From a virus: a stretch of DNA of 57,359 bases. The position numbers and the translations under genes were made by a program. Every line of letters starts with the position of its first letter. The stretch's first letter is position 1. Of the stretch, positions 45,060 to 54,222 are shown one piece after another. The stretch covers positions 1 to 57,359 of IMG/VR virus record IMGVR_UViG_3300011429_000011. One strand, written 5' to 3'. The notes beneath the pieces were generated by a model. That model was given only the letters and a program-made list of their open reading frames with translations. It did no database searches and had not been told where the DNA came from.

Positions 45060-45626
45060 TTAATAACGACCTTTAAGGGTTGAGACTGGAATACCTGTTT
45101 TGACTGCCCAACCCGCAAATGTCAAAGATTCTCCTCTGAATGTTAAAGTCACAAGATTTTTGGATTCTTTTAGACGAATATGTGCTACGTTTTTTAAATG
45201 AGTTATCGTATGCGACAAATAATTCCGATGCGAAAACTTTCTACCCTTAGTATGAAATCTATCCGAAAGACCGCGAGTCTCACTGTTTGTACGAAATACA
45301 GATTTTAGTTCTTCCGACACAAAAGAAGTCTTTTGAGGAACCTGGAGTATCTCACAAATTACAGATTTTTTAATTCCGTGCGCCTTAATCCAATGTTGAG
45401 AAAGAGATTGGAATTTATCTTGTCCGCACCACCAACATCTACCAATTCTAATCGATTCTTGCAATTCTTGTCTCGTTGGATCGTTAGAGGAATCAATTCT
45501 CTTTAGTAGAGTGATTCTTCTATTCCTTTCGCGCGGAGTTGTAGAAAGGCCCGTCCGATTATAGATCGATCGTCCAGTTCTGTTTCCAGCACCTGAAGAT
45601 CCAAATCCGCCTATTAATTTTGGCAT
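45060..45626 (-). CDS. HNH homing endonuclease (free-standing) in an AT-rich island
   Basis: …RIGRCWWCGQDKFQSLSQHWIKAHG…. Start at ATG 45626, overlapping the upstream stop (TAATG). The local sequence is visibly AT-rich relative to its flanks. Confidence 0.5.
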   Translation of the reverse strand: MPKLIGGFGSSGAGNRTGRSIYNRTGLSTTPRERNRRITLLKRIDSSNDPTRQELQESIRIGRCWWCGQDKFQSLSQHWIKAHGIKKSVICEILQVPQKTSFVSEELKSVFRTNSETRGLSDRFHTKGRKFSHRNYLSHTITHLKNVAHIRLKESKNLVTLTFRGESLTFAGWAVKTGIPVSTLKGRY

Positions 45627-46672
45627 TAGCGATTCACTCGATAGACCTTGTTCTTCGGGACGCGGAACGGCATATTCTTCGGTCCTTTGAGGAACGGGCT
45701 CACCCAGATGAGTTTCCGCTGGATCATGTTCGGACCACACGGTTGCTGTCGCCAAAATCCATCAACTTCCCAGCGGCAAGACCAGTTGACTTTCTTCATC
45801 TCCTTCTGGATCAGGAGCTGCTCAGCGGTTGTAGTTTCGGGCTTCTCGACACGTCGCAGATTGATAACTTTGACGTGGTCGAGAGACTGTTCGGTCTTGC
45901 GGTTAAATTCCTTACGACGATGGCGTTCGATGTGCCCGGCTTCCTCGACTACGATTCGCTGATCTAGCCATGCGAGGCCAGCTAGAATGAATTTACAAAC
46001 TCCACTAACTGCAATTCTGAGATTATCCACCGCATCTGGAGGGATTAACAGTTCCTCATCCCTCTTATTCACGAGCTTCATATCGCATTTTGCTAACATC
46101 TCTGCGATAGTGTCGCCTTCTTTCCAACTACCAGTGAGGGATGGCCATGTCATAAAGGCGGGGATGTTATGATCACTCCAACCTACCATGTATAATTCAT
46201 TAACGGGAGGGATCCCAGCGTGTAACACCTGCTCGAACTGATTGATCGGCGAGCCCGCTGGGATGGTGATTCTATCAGGTTGAAAAGTGAACCAGCCCAT
46301 CGATAGGGCGCGTATTCCAATCTCTTGAAAGCCGGTCCGTTCGAATTGTTTGAGCGGAAGAGGTTGCTCAAAATGCCACCATGCAGCATCAGTGTTCAAA
46401 TTCCAAGTGCTGATTTTGGAATCGTCTGGGATGCTATGGCTAGCTGATAAAACAGCGCTCATCGTCTCAGCATTCCAAGCGAACGGAACGGCAGCTTTGA
46501 GAAGAACACGCGAAACAGAAAGAACCGCTTTCTGATCTAATCTCATTTCTAAAGTATCATAGCTAGGCCCGCCACGAGAGCAATAGTCGAGAGCAGCTAT
46601 CTGCCGCTCAATCGCATCGCGCCACGGTGCGTTCTTACCCGGACCGTGAACTAATTGTGGATGTTGTTCCAT
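45626..46672 (-). CDS. hypothetical protein (leaderless from P7)
   Basis: 348 aa. The ATG lies 6 nt after the -10 of P7. Confidence 0.5.
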   Translation of the reverse strand: MEQHPQLVHGPGKNAPWRDAIERQIAALDYCSRGGPSYDTLEMRLDQKAVLSVSRVLLKAAVPFAWNAETMSAVLSASHSIPDDSKISTWNLNTDAAWWHFEQPLPLKQFERTGFQEIGIRALSMGWFTFQPDRITIPAGSPINQFEQVLHAGIPPVNELYMVGWSDHNIPAFMTWPSLTGSWKEGDTIAEMLAKCDMKLVNKRDEELLIPPDAVDNLRIAVSGVCKFILAGLAWLDQRIVVEEAGHIERHRRKEFNRKTEQSLDHVKVINLRRVEKPETTTAEQLLIQKEMKKVNWSCRWEVDGFWRQQPCGPNMIQRKLIWVSPFLKGPKNMPFRVPKNKVYRVNR

Positions 46673-46678
46673 GCTGCC

Positions 46679-46708
46679 AGTATACTATGGTTTTAAACTG
46701 GATTGCAA
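46679..46708 (-). promoter_or_regulatory. conserved phage promoter P7 (TTGCAA-18-TATACT)
   Basis: - strand: TTGCAA tccagtttaaaaccatag TATACT. It is embedded in the 3' end of the upstream gene. Confidence 0.55.
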
Positions 46709-47068
46709 CATATTATTTCTGAATCCTGCACTATGCCATTCCAGTTCTTCAATCTCTTGTCGGATCTGGAAATACTTTGCAGTCCACGCTGGATCTCCGA
46801 CCTTACCGCCAACCGAGTTCACCGCGCACGTATGTAAGGTGCAAATGGGTCGGAAATGTGGCGGCAGAACACAGCCGAGTGGCGACATGAATTTCAGTGT
46901 AGGATGGTCGGTCGTGGGATGAACCCAACCGTGCTCTCTTATCCAATCCTCGGCCATGTCGCAATACATCGAATCACAACAGCTATGAGGAACGCGGCAC
47001 GTATTTGCGCATTCCGGAGCTGTCAGCTCCGACATGTCTTTATACAACTTTATGAGTTTTTTCTCCAT
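46685..47068 (-). CDS. hypothetical Cys-rich protein
   Basis: 127 aa with many Cys/His residues (CANTCRVPHSCCDSMYCD…). Confidence 0.45.
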   Translation of the reverse strand: MEKKLIKLYKDMSELTAPECANTCRVPHSCCDSMYCDMAEDWIREHGWVHPTTDHPTLKFMSPLGCVLPPHFRPICTLHTCAVNSVGGKVGDPAWTAKYFQIRQEIEELEWHSAGFRNNMLQSSLKP

Positions 47069-47346
47069 CCATTGGCCTCTTCCTCGAATCGTGCTGCTTC
47101 TTGACGCAACATGTCGGAGAGCTTTAAAAGACGATCACGATTACCGATTGCCTCGGCCTTCTTGACCATGTCTGGCAAATCTTCCGGCCAGAGACTATTC
47201 GACGGCGTTACGTCTTCAGTTGATTTCTCGAGTAGCACCAGCATCACTTCGTGAACAGTGATACGCTGTTGACGCGCCAACGTCAATAATTTCGCGTGAA
47301 GTTTGGCTGGGAGGACGATATGCCAGCGTCTATCTTGTTTATTCAT
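47050..47346 (-). CDS. ribbon-helix-helix (CopG/Arc-like) regulator
   Basis: …WHIVLPAKLHAKLLTLARQQRITVHEVMLVLLEK…. Confidence 0.5.
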   Translation of the reverse strand: MNKQDRRWHIVLPAKLHAKLLTLARQQRITVHEVMLVLLEKSTEDVTPSNSLWPEDLPDMVKKAEAIGNRDRLLKLSDMLRQEAARFEEEANGWRKNS

Positions 47347-47391
47347 AGGGACTTATATACTTGAGTGCGCATTCCATCTTTCAGGACACTT

Positions 47392-47649
47392 CTACTCGGC
47401 GATCTGCCCGATTGACTTCACATCGACCTGACAATTTCCGTACGTCTTCACGCCGTCGGTGAACGTCGCGTGACCGTTCGCACTCAGGTGGACCGCGCCG
47501 TTGCCGACCTGCTGATCGAGAATCGTTTCGAGTGCCGGACACACCGCGTCGAATTCTGTTTTGCTCTGCCCGGTCAGTCTCGCGCTTTCCTCGGCGAGTT
47601 TCCGCTTGATTGCTTCAGGTTTTCCGACGAACGTGACTGAAAAGCTCAT
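47392..47649 (-). CDS. hypothetical protein (start MSFSVTF, RBS AAGGAG)
   Basis: Trimmed from the track ORF 47392..47808. Confidence 0.45.
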   Translation of the reverse strand: MSFSVTFVGKPEAIKRKLAEESARLTGQSKTEFDAVCPALETILDQQVGNGAVHLSANGHATFTDGVKTYGNCQVDVKSIGQIAE

Positions 47650-47874
47650 GGTGGTCTCCTTTGCGAGTGGTGGAAGGCCGAGCGTGCGACGAATCGCACG
47701 AGTGCGCCGAAGCTGAACGAGCGGATCGGTATCGCGTTCACCGATGAAGAAGTCTCCCGGTAATGGGCGCGGATCGCGCGACGGCGGAAATCCGATACGG
47801 CCCCTCATTTCTCGCCTTTCTCAGTCGTCGTTGGCACGGATTCGCTCTGCGCACTCATGTATATAGTTCCCTAT

Positions 47875-48390
47875 TCATAGAGCTATCTGTCCTATCCGGA
47901 CCCCTGTTTCTTCCTTGAACGTGCCATCCGGCCATACATACCAGATATATCGTTTTGCTTGCTGCGCATAGCCAATCGTAGTCCACGTTCCTTGTCCGCG
48001 TAGACTAGCAGGCTTCACGAAATCCTTTGGTGTCGCGATGAGCCCATCAATTCCAGCAGCCACGATTTCACGATCACACACAAGGAATGGCTTTGGTTCG
48101 AGGAGTTGGTCGGCATCCAGACAGAATGCACGAGCTTTGGGATTATCTGGCGGATGGATCACGATACGGGCGTGGAGCTCCCGTGCCAAGCGATGAGCTT
48201 GTGCATCGGAGCCGATACAATCACCGTGATGTAGAACGTGTAGCTGGAGCTCCAGGAAGAGGTAACGGACAGTGGCGTGTTGCCGCTGTGTCATCCCTTT
48301 ACCGGGTTCCTTGGAGCTGCCGGTTCCGGTAAATCCGAGGATCATGGGAAGCTCCTCTCGAGCTCCTCGATTTCCCGCAAATTCATCCAC
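47875..48390 (-). CDS. hypothetical protein
   Basis: 171-aa ORF containing …HHGDCIGSDAQAH…. Confidence 0.45.
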   Translation of the reverse strand: MDEFAGNRGAREELPMILGFTGTGSSKEPGKGMTQRQHATVRYLFLELQLHVLHHGDCIGSDAQAHRLARELHARIVIHPPDNPKARAFCLDADQLLEPKPFLVCDREIVAAGIDGLIATPKDFVKPASLRGQGTWTTIGYAQQAKRYIWYVWPDGTFKEETGVRIGQIAL

Positions 48391-48491
48391 TGAATTGGTG
48401 GGTGATTAAAGATCGATATCGGCCTATTCCAATCGTAACCGTCGGGCTCGGGTTCTCTCCGACCGCTGCCCGGCCGGTGCCCCGATTGCAG

Positions 48492-48923
48492 TCAAACACG
48501 GAAGCCGCGACGACGGCACTCACGAATCATCATCGTCAACGCAACGAGACGCTCCTCGGTAGCATCGAGATACGGGACGGAGCCGAAGGCATGGACCAGC
48601 GTGCGCTCGATGAAGGATACGGTGTTACGGAGATGCTCTTCCGTCATATCACGTGGTGCAATGAGCTCACCGTTGCGCATCTTCCAGCGATAGTTGTCGC
48701 CATTCAGGAGCGCGTTGTGAGAGTTGTAGAGATTCTCATAGTTCTCTCGCGCATTTTGCAGATGTGACTGCGTAGCTTCGAGTTTGGCTCGGAGACTCTT
48801 GACGGTATCGCGGATCACGATACGTCTGTGGATGTGGACTTTCGGCTTTGCCTTGCGATTCTTTGATTTTGCCATAATCGTAATAACGCCGGGATCCCCA
48901 ACCCGGATAGGCAGCATACTCAC
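48492..48923 (-). CDS. hypothetical protein, first gene downstream of P8
   Basis: 143-aa ORF. Confidence 0.5.
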   Translation of the reverse strand: MSMLPIRVGDPGVITIMAKSKNRKAKPKVHIHRRIVIRDTVKSLRAKLEATQSHLQNARENYENLYNSHNALLNGDNYRWKMRNGELIAPRDMTEEHLRNTVSFIERTLVHAFGSVPYLDATEERLVALTMMIRECRRRGFRV

Positions 48924-48971
48924 AGGCGACGACGTCTGCGGGCTGAAGCGATGTGCTTTGGGGATCCCAGC

Positions 48972-49000
48972 GCGAACTACAGTATACCACAGTTTAAAAC
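48972..49000 (-). promoter_or_regulatory. conserved phage promoter P8 (TTGCTA-17-TATACT)
   Basis: - strand: TTGCTA tcagttttaaactgtgg TATACT. It is divergent from P11. Confidence 0.6.
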
Positions 49001-49109
49001 TGATAGCAATAGTGGGTTTAGACTAAAAGGAGCTCCTAGTCCATGTGATATCTAGCTGAGGGTGCCTGCGAATCCAACATTATTATATGCGCGCGTGTAG
49101 GGTCGCGAA

Positions 49110-49138
49110 AAAATAATACTTGCATTCCAGTTTAAAAT
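49110..49138 (+). promoter_or_regulatory. conserved phage promoter P11 (TTGCAT-17-TATCAT)
   Basis: + strand: TTGCAT tccagtttaaaatgtgc TATCAT. It faces P8 across a divergent control region. Confidence 0.55.
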
Positions 49139-49252
49139 GTGCTATCATGTTTATCCTGCTTGGTGAGGCATAGTGCCCCAACCAAGTTCGCAATTCTGAT
49201 TACCCGGGATTGCGGAGCCAAGCACCATCACTTACAATTCACGGGGTAATTC

Positions 49253-49498
49253 GTGGAGCTGATGAGCTCTGATGCAAAAGTTGCGTCTTTCTACGACTGG
49301 CTGCTTGACCAGAAACCCCGCCACGATCTTGTAGGCCGATTAGCTACAGAAGCACAGCGCGATAAAACCTTTCCACGTAGAGCGAATCGTCTTCACCTTT
49401 TCCTGCACTATTACGATCTAGAACACAATAATCGTAGAGCAGTTAAACTCGCACATGCGGAATGGCGACAGCTTCGTCGTAGACAAGGGAGCACGTGA
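49253..49498 (+). CDS. hypothetical protein (possibly YozE-like)
   Basis: 81 aa. …ASFYDWLLDQKPRHDLVGRLATEAQRDKTFPR… resembles the YozE family pattern. Confidence 0.4.
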   Translation: MELMSSDAKVASFYDWLLDQKPRHDLVGRLATEAQRDKTFPRRANRLHLFLHYYDLEHNNRRAVKLAHAEWRQLRRRQGST

Positions 49499-51540
49499 GT
49501 GTAGTGGACTTTCCTTCACCACCGGATTGGCTGAAGAAATACTACGAACGTGGATTTCGGCTAATCTTCTACTCAGAGAAGCAGAAGGGGCCAACTGGTC
49601 AGGAGGCGCTTAATTGGACTGAACGGAGTGACAAGTTAAACGATTGGCGACCAAATCGCAATGTCGGTGTCTTTACAGGGCACGAAATACAGCCCGGTAA
49701 ATTCTTAGTTGACGTTGACTTCGATTGGTCAGATGGCTTGCCGCTAGCAAAGCGCATTTTGCCTGCGACTGGATTCGGCTATGGCCGTGCTAGTCGCACG
49801 ATGAGCCATGCGTTCTACACATCACCAGAGCCATTAATCAGTATTGCGTTTGATAACATCGATGGTAAGCCCCTAGTCGAACTTCGAGGAACAAAAGCGG
49901 ACGGCACGGTCGGGATACAGACCATGTTGCCGCCATCTATTCATCCCAGTGGCGAAACCGTTGAACTGCGGATGGATGAGGAAATTGCCCATGTCGAAGA
50001 TTTGCATCGACGCATGTGTCTCTATGCTACAGCCTGTCTTATCTTTTCTGTTCTCGGGCATCGTGGTTTGCTCCACGACACTCGGCTTGCTGTGGCTGGT
50101 TTTCTTCTTTCAAATGGCGTCACGGAAGAGGAAGCGATTGCAATTGGCGAAGCGATTGCAGCAGCAAGCGGAAACAATGTCGCAGACGTAAGCGTCACTG
50201 TTAAATCTACCGCACAACGAATCAAGGCAGGCGAGCATGTCTTCGGGAAGACTGCGCTCATTAAAGCTATTGGTGACGATGGGAAGAAGGTTATTGCTCG
50301 CATCAAGGAATGGCTCGGTGGTAGCGACTTCCTTGAGAACGAGAAGGGCCAGATCATCCCCACCTCTCAAGAAAATATTCGTCGAGCGTTAGAGAAGATG
50401 GACATAACGCTGTGTTTTGATAACTTCTCACAGAAAGCGATGATTGACTATCCAGGCAACGGGAATGGCAGCGCATATCGCGGGCCGCTCGTTGACGCAG
50501 TTGTTCGACACGTTTGGCTTGCCACCGATACTCGATTCCATTTCCGCCCTGCCAAAGACTTCTTCTTTGATGTAACCGAGAACACAGCACATGAGAACAA
50601 GGTGCATCCTGTTCTGGATTACCTAAAGAGTTTGAAATGGGACGAAGTTCCTCGTGTCGATGATTGGCTGATCAAGGCGGGCGGAGCCGCAGATACTGCA
50701 TATGTCAAGGCTGTATCCTCGATCATGCTCTTAGCGGCGGTCAAACGGGTCATGAGCCCCGGCTGCAAATACGACGAAATGGTCGTACTTGAGAGCGCGA
50801 CCCAGGGATTATTGAAGTCCACAGCCCTGCGAATGCTTTGTCCAAATGAAGCATGGTTTAGTGATGATCTTCCGCTAAACGTAGATGCTAAGCAGATCGT
50901 TGAACGAACACTTGGTAAGTGGATAATTGAAGCGTCAGATTTGTCCGGTATGCACGCTTCGCAGGTAGAGCATCTAAAAGGTATGCTCTCCCGACAGACT
51001 GACGGACCTGTGAGGCTCGCATATGGCAGGCTCCCGATCGAACAACCGCGGCAATTCATCATTGTCGGGACAACAAATTCTTACACATATCTCACAGACT
51101 CTACAGGCAATCGTAGATTTTGGCCAGTCAGAATCAAACAATTTGATATTAACTGGATTCGCGCGAATCGAGATCAAATTTGGGCCGAAGCAGCGCACAG
51201 GGAGTCAGCAGGTGAATCTATCCGTTTACATCCCTCCCTCTATGCACATGCCGCGCTCCAACAGGAAAGGCGTCGCGCGGAAGATCCGTGGGAGCAAAGG
51301 CTAGAACGTGCGTTCCCGCGCAACAAGAAACATCGTCTGGCTCCGGATGAAGTGTGGGGTGCTCTAGGTATATCAATTGATAAACGTGATCAAAGATCAA
51401 ATGATCGTGTATTGAAGATCATGCACTTACTCGGTTTCATACGGAAAGCAGTACGAACCGAGGATGGAATCGTAAAGGGCTTTGCCCGAGATATCGAAGA
51501 GGGGCAGTATGATCTGCCCGAGGATAAAGATCATGGATAA
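49495..51540 (+). CDS. bifunctional primase-polymerase (PrimPol N-domain) with C-terminal VirE/P4-primase-C-like domain
   Basis: N-terminus …NVGVFTGHEIQPGKFLVDVDFDW… is PrimPol-like. The C-terminal ~350 aa resemble the VirE/primase C-terminal domain (…FIIVGTTNSYTYLTDSTGNRRFWPV…). Confidence 0.75.
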   Translation: MSVVDFPSPPDWLKKYYERGFRLIFYSEKQKGPTGQEALNWTERSDKLNDWRPNRNVGVFTGHEIQPGKFLVDVDFDWSDGLPLAKRILPATGFGYGRASRTMSHAFYTSPEPLISIAFDNIDGKPLVELRGTKADGTVGIQTMLPPSIHPSGETVELRMDEEIAHVEDLHRRMCLYATACLIFSVLGHRGLLHDTRLAVAGFLLSNGVTEEEAIAIGEAIAAASGNNVADVSVTVKSTAQRIKAGEHVFGKTALIKAIGDDGKKVIARIKEWLGGSDFLENEKGQIIPTSQENIRRALEKMDITLCFDNFSQKAMIDYPGNGNGSAYRGPLVDAVVRHVWLATDTRFHFRPAKDFFFDVTENTAHENKVHPVLDYLKSLKWDEVPRVDDWLIKAGGAADTAYVKAVSSIMLLAAVKRVMSPGCKYDEMVVLESATQGLLKSTALRMLCPNEAWFSDDLPLNVDAKQIVERTLGKWIIEASDLSGMHASQVEHLKGMLSRQTDGPVRLAYGRLPIEQPRQFIIVGTTNSYTYLTDSTGNRRFWPVRIKQFDINWIRANRDQIWAEAAHRESAGESIRLHPSLYAHAALQQERRRAEDPWEQRLERAFPRNKKHRLAPDEVWGALGISIDKRDQRSNDRVLKIMHLLGFIRKAVRTEDGIVKGFARDIEEGQYDLPEDKDHG

Positions 51541-51871
51541 TGCAGTTGTCGCGCGGGTTGACATCAACAACCCCAAAGATCACCGAACGCTCATCGATTG
51601 CCTAGGAATAGATTTGATGACACGGCTCGAGGAGCAATTCAAATCACGGCTACCGTTCAATGTCATTGATATTGGCACGGTCATCCCACGAAATTGGCGC
51701 TGTGTCAAGATTGATCTGACCATGCTCCACAAATGGGATGAACTCTGTCGAGCGATGGCAGATGACTTAGACAAATTAGGTTGGTCGACCTATATCCGAA
51801 TTCCACAGAATGCCTCCGTTCCATTGACTACGGAGCAGCGATTCGAAAATCTGGCCTTACGTTCTGCTTGA
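51533..51871 (+). CDS. hypothetical protein
   Basis: Start MDNAVVA overlaps the primase stop (ATGGATAA). Confidence 0.45.
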   Translation: MDNAVVARVDINNPKDHRTLIDCLGIDLMTRLEEQFKSRLPFNVIDIGTVIPRNWRCVKIDLTMLHKWDELCRAMADDLDKLGWSTYIRIPQNASVPLTTEQRFENLALRSA

Positions 51872-51965
51872 GGGTTTGCTGGGAGATGACATCCCAAGGT
51901 CCATTCTTGCCGCAGCTTGGACATTGGGCGTTAATCATTGACTACTGCGGCTACTGAGAGGCTGT

Positions 51966-52193
51966 ATGTTCTGCTCATGTCTCGGGATTCTGGATTATAT
52001 CTACCACAATCTGCTGAGATGTCGGAATTGCGGACGATGGGTAGAGTTTAATCCGACGGGCATGGGTGCTCCCTCGACTACAGGATGCGTTCCACCGATG
52101 TTGTTTCGGGAGTTTGGCTCTCGTCCACACTCGCGGGCCGGCTACAATAAAGCAAATGATGGAATCAGCGTCGATCTGATAGGGACGGATTAG
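51966..52193 (+). CDS. hypothetical small Cys-containing protein
   Basis: 75-aa ORF with CRNCGRW. Confidence 0.4.
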   Translation: MFCSCLGILDYIYHNLLRCRNCGRWVEFNPTGMGAPSTTGCVPPMLFREFGSRPHSRAGYNKANDGISVDLIGTD

Positions 52194-52511
52194 GTGGCAG
52201 AACAACGATCATTTCCAAGCATTCAGCGCGTTAACAAACGACATCCTAGTTCGCAGCATACGTGTCATGCGACGGGCTGTGATGTCCGTGTTCCACCTGA
52301 GATGTTCATGTGCCGAAAGCACTGGATGTCTTTACCGAGACGTATGCGCGATCGCATATGGGCAACCTATCGTCCTGGCCAATGTGACGACTGGAATCCG
52401 TCACAAGAATATCTGCTGACAGCGAAGGAATGCGTGATTTGGCTCGCGCAGCACGAAGGCTTGGAGCCCGATACGCGGATCTACGATAGTTTCTTGGCGA
52501 ACTATGAATAA
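52194..52511 (+). CDS. hypothetical Cys/His-rich protein
   Basis: CHATGCDVRVPPEMFMCRKHW. Confidence 0.45.
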   Translation: MAEQRSFPSIQRVNKRHPSSQHTCHATGCDVRVPPEMFMCRKHWMSLPRRMRDRIWATYRPGQCDDWNPSQEYLLTAKECVIWLAQHEGLEPDTRIYDSFLANYE

Positions 52512-52746
52512 ACACCACGCCTACTTCCAGCAACGGAAGAATCATCCCAGCTTCGAGAGGAAACGAGCGTTCGTCCTCGAACATCGCGAGCTCTGGCTCT
52601 GTGCGAACGGTAGTGTTAACGAAGAAGGCGTGACAGAGGTCGCAAAGAAAGCTGTGGCGCTGAAGATCTGGACTGTAACATTATCCGATACACGATTCTC
52701 GATACGCAATCATATTCAAGAGATCCTTGGGAGACCAAAGGCGTGA
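52504..52746 (+). CDS. hypothetical protein
   Basis: 80-aa ORF. Confidence 0.4.
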   Translation: MNKHHAYFQQRKNHPSFERKRAFVLEHRELWLCANGSVNEEGVTEVAKKAVALKIWTVTLSDTRFSIRNHIQEILGRPKA

Positions 52747-52967
52747 CTATTAAAGAACGTATCAAAGTTGAGCTCTCGACAAAACCATATCAGACAGCGA
52801 CAGCACTCGCTCGTCGCCTTGATCTGACTCCTGGTAGTGTAGCCTCTGCTATCCATCAGCTCTGGAAGGATAATCAGATCATCCGTGAGAAGACGGAAAC
52901 GTTCCACGGTCCTCGTGGTGGATTCCTGTATAGTTTGCCATTCCATGGAAAGTTGGTTGGTCAATGA
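52743..52967 (+). CDS. winged-helix (MarR-like HTH) DNA-binding protein
   Basis: …LSTKPYQTATALARRLDLTPGSVASAIHQLWKDNQIIRE…. Confidence 0.45.
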   Translation: MTIKERIKVELSTKPYQTATALARRLDLTPGSVASAIHQLWKDNQIIREKTETFHGPRGGFLYSLPFHGKLVGQ

Positions 52968-53100
52968 AAGAGCTATTCTGGTTTTCTGTCTATCTGGTTG
53001 GATTCCTGTTTCTGCTGTCACTGCTCCGCTTCCTGAACACGGACGGTATCTGTGTCAACAGCACGCGCATGTTCGAGGGAAAGACTGAATACACGACGTC

Positions 53101-53514
53101 TTGCTACCATTTCGGGGCAACGCGATAGGAGAAGTCATGCATGCAGTGATCACGATAAAGAACGACAATGGTGACGTCATTGATCATCGGGTTGCAGTCA
53201 TCAACAACTACAGCCTCAATGTGAAATACGGACTCGACGGTCATCCAGTCTTTGATCAGAGTGGTGTCCTTCGTGGCTATACGTTCATTGCGGAATTTGC
53301 GCCACGATCGATGGATGATCAGTATCCAACACAGCGATTCATGGAAGTCACTATGGGAGAACTTAGTCGTCGGAAAGATACTACAGATGCTGCACGTTTC
53401 CTGCTCTACTGTTTCGAACAACTTGCTCGAACACATCACGCCCAGAAGAATGACAATCTGATAATGATGTGGTCCTCGGATCTTGCAGCACTTGAAAAGC
53501 CCAAAGAGGATTGA
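53101..53514 (+). CDS. hypothetical protein
   Basis: 137-aa ORF. Confidence 0.45.
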   Translation: MLPFRGNAIGEVMHAVITIKNDNGDVIDHRVAVINNYSLNVKYGLDGHPVFDQSGVLRGYTFIAEFAPRSMDDQYPTQRFMEVTMGELSRRKDTTDAARFLLYCFEQLARTHHAQKNDNLIMMWSSDLAALEKPKED

Positions 53515-53515
53515 T

Positions 53516-54061
53516 ATGGATAAACCTGAGTCGCGATTTCCGATCATCATTGAGCGCGGCGCGAAGCCTCACCCGATGACGATTAGCTGGCAGACCGCCG
53601 AGATGGCCTACTCAGTCTATGCGGCCCGCTACGGGAAAAATCAGAGCCTCGAGCGCATGATGCAGCGAGGTGGCTTCTACCCGAGCGAAATGGACGATTA
53701 CGTGCCTGATTGGCGGGAGCGAGAATCAGAACTCACCGCCTTACGGGAGGCGCAGGCCCGGCTAACGGAGGAGAACCAGAAGCGCACCGAACAACTGAAA
53801 GCGGCCTTGCTCGACGCCTGGGAAGCGAATACGTCATATGCCTCGCTGCTGAATCGATTCGCGCAGGCCGAAGCCGACGTCGCCCGCCTGACGCAGGAAC
53901 GGGACGGAGCGGAAGACGCCGCGAGAGTCTATCAAGAGCAAGTGTCAACCTCAGAACGTGTTCTGTACGCCGCCGAGGCCCGGCTCCAAGCCGTGGAGCA
54001 GGAGAACCGAGAACTGAAAGAGGCCTGCACCATCGCGCGACTGGCTCTGATCTCTAAGTGA
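53516..54061 (+). CDS. hypothetical coiled-coil protein (GC-rich gene)
   Basis: Start MDKPESRF, RBS AAGAGGA. The C-terminus is a heptad-rich coiled coil. Confidence 0.45.
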   Translation: MDKPESRFPIIIERGAKPHPMTISWQTAEMAYSVYAARYGKNQSLERMMQRGGFYPSEMDDYVPDWRERESELTALREAQARLTEENQKRTEQLKAALLDAWEANTSYASLLNRFAQAEADVARLTQERDGAEDAARVYQEQVSTSERVLYAAEARLQAVEQENRELKEACTIARLALISK

Positions 54062-54222
54062 CGGTCTATCTCGTCGTTGAGCGTGGCGACTGGCAACGAA
54101 AGATCGAACATCTGTATGAGGTGTATGCCGCATTCAGCAGTCGCGAAAAGGCACGAACGTTCATTGCTCTCAGCGATGGTAACGCAGATCTGGAAATTAT
54201 AGAGATAGTTCTGGATTGATAT
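54058..54222 (+). CDS. small protein (54 aa), not in the ORF track
   Basis: GTG start overlapping the upstream TGA. VTVYLVVERGDWQRKIEHLYEVYAAFSS…. Confidence 0.3.

Noticed and set aside
53710-54057. 115-aa Arg/Gly-rich + strand ORF, with its - strand counterpart 53733..53948
   Set aside because: Overlaps the coiled-coil gene 53516..54061 in a GC-rich segment. The translation is junk-like (RRRP, GAG repeats).
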